Origin: Pseudomonadota bacterium
GTDB taxonomy: Bacteria; Pseudomonadota; Gammaproteobacteria; Burkholderiales; Gallionellaceae
DNA: 64,000 nt
Direction of reading: 5' to 3'
Assembly: GCA_040754175.1 (NCBI GenBank)
Contig: JBFMFN010000013.1
Span: 29,156-93,155 of the forward strand
Positions 56,998-64,000 of the stretch are shown here, piece after piece. The translations under genes and the position numbers were made by a program. Every line of letters begins with the position of its first letter. The stretch's first letter is position 1. The notes beneath the pieces are model-generated. The model saw only the letters and a program-made list of their open reading frames with translations, made no database searches and was not told the DNA's origin.

Positions 56998-58707
56998 ATG
57001 TTGCGCGACCCTATGCGAGACACCGCCGGATCGCGCCCGTTGCGTTACCTCGCTGCCGTGCTGCTGGCGGTGTTCGTCTACTGGTACGGCCTGGATGGGC
57101 TGCACATCCCGCGCAACGGCGACGAGAACGTGTATGCACACATCACTTACCAGACCGCGCAGTCCGGCGCGTGGCTGCCGCTGCGATCCGATCTCGATCA
57201 CATGCGCAACACCAAGCCGCCGCTGCTGTTCTGGCAGGGCATGCTGTCCACCGATATGGGCGCGCAGTGGGACCAGTGGCATCTGCGCTATCCCAGCGTG
57301 ATCTATACCTTGCTCACCGCCTTGCTGGTGTATCTGCTCGGCTGGCGCCTGTCCGGGACATGGGCCACCGGGGCGACGGCGGCGCTGGTGTTCCTGGCGT
57401 TCTTCAGCACCTATCGCTTCGGCCGTCCTTATCTGGTCAATCCGGCGGAGACCTTCTGGTTGTCGTTGCCGTTCTTCATCCTGCTGTATTGGCGCGAGCG
57501 CGCATTCGCGTCGCGCCTGGCGCTGCCGTTGTTGCTCGGGCTGGTCACCGGCATCGGCCTGCTGTATAAATCGTTCGCCCTGCTGGCCCCGGTGGGGCTG
57601 GCGCTGGCCTGGTGGTATCTGCATCAGCGCCGCTATCGCTGGCATGCCTTCCTGACCCAGGATACTTATAAGTTGCTGCTGATCGGCGCTCTGGCGCTGG
57701 CCGTGTTTGCCCTGTGGTTCCTGCTCGATCCCGATCCGCAGGCGGTGTGGCAGGAGTTCGTGCTGGGCGAGAACGCCGGCAAGTTCGACCCGCATGGCGG
57801 CAGTTACTGGGCCAAGCTGTTGTGGGGCGGCAGCAGCGTGTGGGTGTTGCTGCTGGGCTATCCGCTGAATGCCGGATTGCTGGCGTTTCCGGTGGCGGCG
57901 CTGTTCTTCGTGGCCTGGCAGCGGCGTTACCGTCTGCATGAAGACGAGCGCATGCTGTGGATGTGGATGATCGTGTTGTTCGCGGTGTTCGCCTTGCCCA
58001 GCCAGCGTTCGGCGCGCTATCTGCTGGATGCCATGCCCGGCGTCGCCTTGCTGCTCGCCTTGAACTGGCAGCGCATCCCGCGCGCGGCCTTCATCGCCAG
58101 CGTGCTGGCCGCTGCAGCGGTGAGCGGGCTGTTCGGCTGGCTGGCATTCAATCTGATGCAGCAGATGCCGGGTCTGTACGATGCCGCGTTCTGGTTGGTG
58201 CTGGCGGTGGCGGCGCTGTGCGCCGTGCTGGCGCTGGGGATGGCTCGCTGGACGCGCGGCCTGGCGCTGGTGTCGGCACTGCTCACCTTGCTGCTGCTGG
58301 CCATGTTCCTGCGGCCGTTCGACGGAGCGGCCGGGCGTTACGATGCGGCGGCGCAACAGGCGGTGCGCGGGCAGGATGTGTGGGTGCCGTGCGATTTCCG
58401 CGCCAGTTGGGAAGACTATCGCTTCCTGTTGCCGGGCGCGTATCTGCACGGCTACGTCGAGCGTACTGAGATTGAGCCGCAGTCGCACTATGCGCTGTTC
58501 GCGCAACGCCTGCCGCTGGACGCCAAACCTTGTGCCGGCTGCGAGGTGCTGGGGCAGCGTCTGGAGATACGCGGGCGGCATAGCGAAGCGGAAATCAAGG
58601 CCATGTTGGCCGGTGAGGTGATGCAGCAACTGTTCGTGCGCGAATGGTTGTTGCGCGCACCGCCGACCGATGGCGAGCAAGAGAATCACGAGGGGGAATG
58701 TCGTTGA
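56998..58707 (+). CDS. ArnT/GT39-like (GT-C fold) membrane glycosyltransferase
   Basis: GDENVY, KPPLLFW, LRYPSV, GLLYKS, SARYLL; about a dozen TM segments. Confidence 0.8.
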   Translation: MLRDPMRDTAGSRPLRYLAAVLLAVFVYWYGLDGLHIPRNGDENVYAHITYQTAQSGAWLPLRSDLDHMRNTKPPLLFWQGMLSTDMGAQWDQWHLRYPSVIYTLLTALLVYLLGWRLSGTWATGATAALVFLAFFSTYRFGRPYLVNPAETFWLSLPFFILLYWRERAFASRLALPLLLGLVTGIGLLYKSFALLAPVGLALAWWYLHQRRYRWHAFLTQDTYKLLLIGALALAVFALWFLLDPDPQAVWQEFVLGENAGKFDPHGGSYWAKLLWGGSSVWVLLLGYPLNAGLLAFPVAALFFVAWQRRYRLHEDERMLWMWMIVLFAVFALPSQRSARYLLDAMPGVALLLALNWQRIPRAAFIASVLAAAAVSGLFGWLAFNLMQQMPGLYDAAFWLVLAVAALCAVLALGMARWTRGLALVSALLTLLLLAMFLRPFDGAAGRYDAAAQQAVRGQDVWVPCDFRASWEDYRFLLPGAYLHGYVERTEIEPQSHYALFAQRLPLDAKPCAGCEVLGQRLEIRGRHSEAEIKAMLAGEVMQQLFVREWLLRAPPTDGEQENHEGECR

Positions 58708-60086
58708 TGGGTAAGTACAAGCGCCTCGCCTTGTTGGCGTTCGTGCTGGGCGCGTTCGCGCTCGCCCTGGCCAAGGCGGCGAGCTGGAGCTTCGGCTTCG
58801 GTTTCCGTTTGCCGGAGCCGGTGGTGGAGCAGGCCGCAGCGCCGGCGCCAGTGGTGAAACAGAAACGCCGCGGACGGCGCAATGAGCCGCCGCAGCCGCG
58901 CGTGGTGCTGGGCAAGCTGGAGGCACATCTGGCTTCCAGCCGCCAGCACATCTCCACGCATGCGGCCTCGCTGGTGGAGTTGCAGGATGGCCGCGTGCGC
59001 GCCTTCTGGTTCTCCGGCAGCCGCGAAGGTGCGCCCGATGTCACCATCAACAGCGCCGTGTTCGATCCGCAGGCCGATACCTGGTGGCGTGAGCGCGAGG
59101 TGGTAGGGCGCAGCGCGACGCAACGCGGCCTGCATCGCAGCATCGCCAAGGTGGGCAATCCGGTGGTGGTACGCGCGCCCAACGGCGAGCTGTGGCTGTT
59201 CTATGTCACGGTGTCGCTGGGCGGCTGGGCCGGCAGTTCCATCACGCTGGTCACCTCGGCCGACGAGGGGGAGACCTGGAGCCAGCCGCGTCGGCTGGTG
59301 ACTTCGCCGTTCATCAACATCAGCACGCTGGTTAAGGGGGCGCCGTTCTTCTATGCCGACGGTACGTTGGGGCTGCCGGTGTATCACGAGTTCATCACCA
59401 AGTTCTCCGAGATCCTGCGCCTGGACCAGACCGGCAAGGTCATCGACAAGCAGCGGCTAGCGGCCGGCGGGCAGGGCACCTTGCAGCCGGTGCTGTTGGC
59501 GCAGGATGCGCAGCATGCGCTGGTGCTCAACCGCTACTCGGGCAAGGATGCGGACAAGCGCGTGCTCGCCATGCGCAGCGAGGATGGCGGCCGCCACTGG
59601 TCGGCGCCGCAGAAGATGACCTTGTTCAATCCGGATGCCGCCCTCACCGGCCTGGTGCTGGAGGACGGGCGGATGCTGGCGGTGCTGAACAACGAGACGC
59701 AGGGGCGCGAATCGCTCAGCCTGCAACTGTCCGAGGATGGCGGCCAGACCTGGCGCGAACTGCACCGGCTGGAAGAGATGAACGTGGTACACGATGTGTC
59801 CATGTCGGAAGGCGCTTGCCTGGAGGTGGTGGAGAACCTGTTGCGCAGCAGCGATCCGCTGTTGCGCCAGGCGGATGAAGCCATCCTCGCGCCGTATGTG
59901 GAATCGGCGCGGTCCAAGACCGTGGGCGGCGGCAGTTGCCATTTCGAGTTCTCCTACCCCTACATGATTCGCACGCGCAACGGTGATATCCATCTCGCCT
60001 ATACCTGGAACCGCACCTTCATCAAGCATGTGCGCATCGATGCGCAGTGGCTCAAACATCGGCTGCAGAACGGGAGTGAACGATGA
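58707..60086 (+). CDS. Membrane-anchored sialidase-like (BNR/Asp-box) beta-propeller protein
   Basis: HAASLVEL.DG..AFWFSGSREG; Asp boxes TSADEGETW, RSEDGGRHW, LSEDGGQTW; FSYP; N-terminal hydrophobic helix. Confidence 0.8.
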   Translation: MGKYKRLALLAFVLGAFALALAKAASWSFGFGFRLPEPVVEQAAAPAPVVKQKRRGRRNEPPQPRVVLGKLEAHLASSRQHISTHAASLVELQDGRVRAFWFSGSREGAPDVTINSAVFDPQADTWWREREVVGRSATQRGLHRSIAKVGNPVVVRAPNGELWLFYVTVSLGGWAGSSITLVTSADEGETWSQPRRLVTSPFINISTLVKGAPFFYADGTLGLPVYHEFITKFSEILRLDQTGKVIDKQRLAAGGQGTLQPVLLAQDAQHALVLNRYSGKDADKRVLAMRSEDGGRHWSAPQKMTLFNPDAALTGLVLEDGRMLAVLNNETQGRESLSLQLSEDGGQTWRELHRLEEMNVVHDVSMSEGACLEVVENLLRSSDPLLRQADEAILAPYVESARSKTVGGGSCHFEFSYPYMIRTRNGDIHLAYTWNRTFIKHVRIDAQWLKHRLQNGSER

Positions 60087-60691
60087 TGCATGGCAGTGAC
60101 TGGATCGGGCTTTCCGGCCTGGCGGCGGTGTGGCTGCTGCTGGCCTTCCGCTTGCCGCAGGTGCAAGCCTTGCCGGGCAAACAGCGTGCACTGTTCATCG
60201 GGCTGGGTTATGTGGTGGTGATGTTCCCGCTAGGCGGTTGGTCGCTGGCCGGCTGGCTGCGCGGCATGGTGGGCGACCTCAGCCTCACCAGCCTGCTGTT
60301 GCTGGCGAACGCGTTGCATCTGCGCCTGCGGCCACAGGCACACCCCTGGTGGTCGCTGCGCGAACGCACGGCGCTGCTGGGATTCATCGCGGTATTGGCA
60401 TTGCTGCTGTATCCGTTCGCCCTCGGCCTCGGTAAGCTGGATCCGTATCGTGCGGGCTATGGCAGCGTGGGCTTGGTGCTGATGCTGGCCTTGCTCGCTT
60501 TGTGGACGATGCGCCGCGCGTTCTATCTGCTGTCTGCGGTGCTGGCGCTGGCGGCACTGGGCTGGAATTTCAATCTGCTGGAATCGACCAACCTGTGGGA
60601 TTACCTGATCGATGCACCGCTGGCGATCTATTCGCTGTGGGTCACGCTCAAGGCTTCCCTGCTGTATGCCTTGCGGAGGGATCGTGCCTAG
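60083..60691 (+). CDS. Hypothetical polytopic membrane protein
   Basis: About six hydrophobic helices; ATGA overlap with the sialidase-like gene; ESTNLWDYLIDAP motif. Confidence 0.7.
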   Translation: MMHGSDWIGLSGLAAVWLLLAFRLPQVQALPGKQRALFIGLGYVVVMFPLGGWSLAGWLRGMVGDLSLTSLLLLANALHLRLRPQAHPWWSLRERTALLGFIAVLALLLYPFALGLGKLDPYRAGYGSVGLVLMLALLALWTMRRAFYLLSAVLALAALGWNFNLLESTNLWDYLIDAPLAIYSLWVTLKASLLYALRRDRA

Positions 60692-61952
60692 CCTGACACG
60701 CAATGACTATCGTACTTTGAGCCTGGCCGCGCTGGGCGGTGCACTGGAGTTCTATGACTTCGTGATCTTCGTGTTCTTTGCGGCGACCATCTCGCAACTG
60801 TTCTTCCCGCCCGACATGCCGGACTGGCTGCGACAAGTGCAGACCTTCGGCATCTTCGCCGCGGGTTATCTGGCGCGCCCGCTGGGCGGCATCATCATGG
60901 CGCACTTCGGCGACCTGTTCGGCCGCAAGCGCATGTTCATGCTGAGCATCCTGCTGATGGCGGTGCCGACCTTGTTCATCGGCCTGTTGCCCACCTATGC
61001 CAGTATCGGCATCGCCGCGCCGTTGCTGTTGCTCGCTTTGCGCGTGCTGCAGGGGGCGGCCATCGGTGGCGAAGTCCCCGGCGCTTGGGTGTTCGTGGCC
61101 GAGCATGTGCCGCCGCGCCACGTCGGTTTCGCCTGCGGCACGCTCACTGCGGGACTTACCGGCGGCATCCTGCTCGGCTCTTTGGTGGCCACGGCGGTGA
61201 ACCGCAGCTATGACCCGGCCGGCCTGCTGGCCGAAGGCTGGCGCGTGCCCTTCATCCTGGGCGGCGTGTTCGGCCTGCTGGCGGTGTGGCTGCGCCAGTA
61301 CCTGCACGAGACGCCGGTGTTCAAGGAGATGCAGGCGCGCCAGCAACTGGCCGACGAGTTGCCGCTGAAGAAAGTGGTGCGCGCGCACCGTCCGGCGGTT
61401 GTGCTCACCATGCTGATGACCTGGCTGCTGTCCGCCGCCGTGGTGGTGATGATCCTGATGACGCCAACCTTGATGCAGAAGTTGTTCGCCATCCCCGGCG
61501 CTACGGCGCTCACCGCCAACAGTTTCGCCACGCTGGCGCTCACTATCGGCTGCATCGTGTTCGGTGCGCTGGCCGACCGCTATGGCGCGGGGCGGGTGCT
61601 CACCTTCGGCTGCGTGGCGCTGGGATTCACCTCCTGGTGGCTGTATCACGACCTGGCGGCAGGTGCGCAGCATCTGTATGTCTTGTATGCGCTGAACGGG
61701 TTCTTCGTCGGCGTGATCGGCGTGGTGCCCAGTGCGGCGGTGGTGCAGTTCCCCTCGGCGGTGCGTTTCTCCGGTCTGTCCTTCTCCTACAACATGGCCT
61801 ATGCCGTGTTCGGCGGCCTGACGCCGGTGCTGGTCAGCTCGTTGCTGCCGCTGGCCGGGGCGCAGGTGCCGGCTGGCTATGTGATGGCCCTGTGCTTGGT
61901 GGGGGTGGGTATCGGCCTGTATCTGGGGCGCGGGAAGGCGGCGGAATTATGA
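60684..61952 (+). CDS. MFS transporter, metabolite:H+ symporter (ProP/YhjE-like)
   Basis: GGALEFYDF, LARPLGGIIMAHFGDLFGRK, RVLQGAAIGGEVPGA; GTG start at 60684. Confidence 0.88.
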   Translation: MPSLTRNDYRTLSLAALGGALEFYDFVIFVFFAATISQLFFPPDMPDWLRQVQTFGIFAAGYLARPLGGIIMAHFGDLFGRKRMFMLSILLMAVPTLFIGLLPTYASIGIAAPLLLLALRVLQGAAIGGEVPGAWVFVAEHVPPRHVGFACGTLTAGLTGGILLGSLVATAVNRSYDPAGLLAEGWRVPFILGGVFGLLAVWLRQYLHETPVFKEMQARQQLADELPLKKVVRAHRPAVVLTMLMTWLLSAAVVVMILMTPTLMQKLFAIPGATALTANSFATLALTIGCIVFGALADRYGAGRVLTFGCVALGFTSWWLYHDLAAGAQHLYVLYALNGFFVGVIGVVPSAAVVQFPSAVRFSGLSFSYNMAYAVFGGLTPVLVSSLLPLAGAQVPAGYVMALCLVGVGIGLYLGRGKAAEL

Positions 61953-62006
61953 GAGAATGCGCGCCTTCACAAGAGCGCGGAATGCGCCGGGAACGGGAGG
62001 AAGTCC

Positions 62007-62969
62007 TTGGATGATCTGAAACAGTTGCTCGCGCCGGACATGGCGGCGGTCGATGCGGTGATCCGCGCGCGCCTGCATTCCGAAGTGGTGCTGGTCAACC
62101 AGATCGGCGAATACATCGTGAACAGCGGCGGCAAGCGTCTGCGTCCGGCGCTGGTGCTGTTGTCCGCGCAGGCCTTCGGCTATCAGGGGGCGCAACATCA
62201 CAACCTGGCGGCCGTGGTGGAGTTCATCCACACCGCAACCTTGTTGCACGACGACGTGGTGGACGAGTCCGAACTGCGCCGCGGGCGCGAGACCGCCAAT
62301 GCGCTGTTCGGCAATGCGGCCAGCGTGCTGGTGGGCGACTTCCTCTATTCGCGCGCGTTCCAGATGATGGTGGAGACCGGCGAGATGCGCGTGATGCAGG
62401 TGCTGGCCGACGCCACCAACGTCATCGCCGAAGGCGAGGTGTTGCAACTGCTCAATTGCCACGACGCCGATGTCGATGTGGCCAACTATATGCGCGTGAT
62501 CCACTGCAAGACGGCCAAACTGTTCGAAGCTGCGATGCGGCTGGGGGCGATCCTGGGCAAGGCGAGCGCGGCAGACGAAAAAGCAGCGGCTCAGTACGGC
62601 ATGCATCTGGGTACTGCTTTCCAGTTGATCGACGACGTGCTGGATTATTCCGCCGACGAGGCGCAGACCGGCAAGCATCTGGGCGACGATCTGGCCGAAG
62701 GCAAACCGACCTTGCCATTGATCCATGCCATGCAGACCGGCACGGCCGAGCAGGCCGCCGTGGTGCGCGCCGCCATCGAGGACGGGGATGTGGCGCGTTT
62801 GCCGGAAGTGCAGGCCATCATCCAGGCCACCGGCGCGCTGGATTTCACGCGTCAGCAAGCCCTGCGTGAGACGGAAGCCGCATGCGCAGCGATTTCTTCA
62901 TTTGCTGATACTCATTTCAAACGCGCTCTGGTAGAATTAGCAAACTTTGCCGCCACGCGGCAATTTTAG
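62007..62969 (+). CDS. ispB: Octaprenyl diphosphate synthase
   Basis: GGKRLRP, IHTATLLHDDVVD..RRG, FQLIDDVLD, GDDLAEGK.TLP; TTG start after GGAGG. Confidence 0.92.
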   Translation: MDDLKQLLAPDMAAVDAVIRARLHSEVVLVNQIGEYIVNSGGKRLRPALVLLSAQAFGYQGAQHHNLAAVVEFIHTATLLHDDVVDESELRRGRETANALFGNAASVLVGDFLYSRAFQMMVETGEMRVMQVLADATNVIAEGEVLQLLNCHDADVDVANYMRVIHCKTAKLFEAAMRLGAILGKASAADEKAAAQYGMHLGTAFQLIDDVLDYSADEAQTGKHLGDDLAEGKPTLPLIHAMQTGTAEQAAVVRAAIEDGDVARLPEVQAIIQATGALDFTRQQALRETEAACAAISSFADTHFKRALVELANFAATRQF

Positions 62970-62984
62970 TTTCACAAGCAGCAT

Positions 62985-63061
62985 CGGAGTGTAGCTCAGC
63001 CTGGTAGAGCACTGCGTTCGGGACGCAGGGGCCGGAGGTTCGAATCCTCTCACTCCGACCA
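62985..63061 (+). tRNA. tRNA-Pro (anticodon CGG)
   Basis: CGGAGTGTAGCTCAGCCTGGTAGAGCACTGCGTTCGGGACGCAGGGGCCGGAGGTTCGAATCCTCTCACTCCGACCA; 77 nt. Confidence 0.95.
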
Positions 63062-63207
63062 TTCCTGGTCGGAACTCCATTCAACCCACGTGATTTTTAG
63101 CTATCCTGGCGCTGCAAGCGCGGGCCGGATACGTGGCCAACTGCTGGCCAGCAACAACCTGCATACCGTGATTCCCTCCGAGACTGTGGTGCGCCTGATC
63201 GCCACGA

Positions 63208-64000
63208 TCAGCTGCGGCAGGTTTGCAGCTCAGACCACTCTGTGGTGTAGCGCGGCGAGCGGTTGTCGCTGCGCATCGCCCACGCCTGTTCCAAGCCTTC
63301 TCCCAGCAACTTGAGCGTGCCGCTGCCCATGCGCTGGTTGATCGTATCCATGGTCTTCATCAGCATGCGCGACCTGCGCTCCGTTTCGTCGTCTGTGAAC
63401 AACGAGACGGTATGTGCCTGCAACGGACGGATGCCGCCCAGGGCGACGCCGACCTTCTGATAAGAGAAACCGTGGCGATAGATCCGCCGCAATGCGTACA
63501 AGGCGGCCTTGCAGAAGCGGCGCGTATCGTCGCTCGCACTGCTCAGCGGCACCATCGACGCTTGCTCGTGCTGTGCTTCGCCGCGATGTGGGTCGGTCCG
63601 TAGATAGAGATGCAACGTATCGGCTAGCGCGCCCTGTTGCCGCAGTTTCTCGACTGCGCGCGTGGTGTATGCGATGGCGGCTTGTTCCAGCTCCGTCAGG
63701 CTTGCAGTCAGTCGGCCAAAGGAGCGCGAGCAGATGATCTGTTGACGTGAGCGGGTCACGTCTTCCAATTCCAGACTGGTTCGGCCGAGCAACTCATGCA
63801 CCGTGCGTGCCAGAGTCACTCCGCAGCGTGTGCGCAGCATGTGTAGCGATGCGTGCTTGAGATCGAGCACGCTGTGGATGCCGAGCTCCTTCAGCGTGTC
63901 GGCAGTGCGGCGGCCTACACCCCATACCTCGCTGGCTTCCAGCGTAGCGAACAAATCATCCAGTTCGCTGGCCGACAGGCGATTGAAGTCGCATGTACCG
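63208..64000 (-). CDS. umuC: Y-family DNA polymerase V subunit UmuC/RumB-like (5' part outside the window)
   Basis: EVWGVGRR, RQQIICSRSFG, YQKVGV, MDTINQRMG, WAMRSDNRSPRYTTEWSEL C-terminus; frame open to the window edge. Confidence 0.88.
   Translation of the reverse strand, partial: GTCDFNRLSASELDDLFATLEASEVWGVGRRTADTLKELGIHSVLDLKHASLHMLRTRCGVTLARTVHELLGRTSLELEDVTRSRQQIICSRSFGRLTASLTELEQAAIAYTTRAVEKLRQQGALADTLHLYLRTDPHRGEAQHEQASMVPLSSASDDTRRFCKAALYALRRIYRHGFSYQKVGVALGGIRPLQAHTVSLFTDDETERRSRMLMKTMDTINQRMGSGTLKLLGEGLEQAWAMRSDNRSPRYTTEWSELQTCRS

Noticed and set aside
63090-63314. 74-aa plus-strand ORF after tRNA-Pro
   Set aside because: No motifs or clear RBS, and it overlaps the umuC 3' end
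1-64000. CRISPR array, rRNA, IS/transposase, retron or group II intron
   Set aside because: No regularly spaced repeats, rRNA blocks, DDE/HUH transposase or reverse-transcriptase motifs seen

Overview
64 kb of GC-rich chromosomal DNA that looks betaproteobacterial. Nitrosomonadales/Gallionellaceae-like is my inference from gene order and protein style, not a search result. Core genes are xerD (partial), tRNA-Ala(CGC), rpiA, phoU-ppx, rnpB, dsbC, a UbiH-family hydroxylase, dusB-fis-purH-purD, tsaC-hemF, ubiA, ubiC, recG, ridA, ispB and tRNA-Pro(CGG). Accessory blocks: (1) an integrase-less ~10 kb defence island after purD (Fic, RhuM-like, type I RM in the order hsdR-hsdS-DUF1016-hsdM, and a membrane-anchored Mrr-like nuclease); (2) an oxyR / rubrerythrin-rubredoxin-reductase-dps peroxide module; (3) a ~13 kb, 11-gene, mostly translationally coupled signalling operon between ubiC and ubiA, with two histidine kinases, EAL and HD-GYP phosphodiesterases, a pseudo-HD-GYP, a tip-less receptor and an Aer-type PAS plus periplasmic CXXCH chemoreceptor; (4) twin Ser/Thr kinase-cNMP-binding genes flanking ridA, with a class III adenylate cyclase elsewhere in the window; (5) a GT9-GtrA-ArnT-like-sialidase-like envelope operon; (6) the probable edge of a tRNA-Pro-integrated element carrying umuC. 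No CRISPR array, rRNA or transposase was seen. All calls come from motif recognition in the sequence; no database was run.
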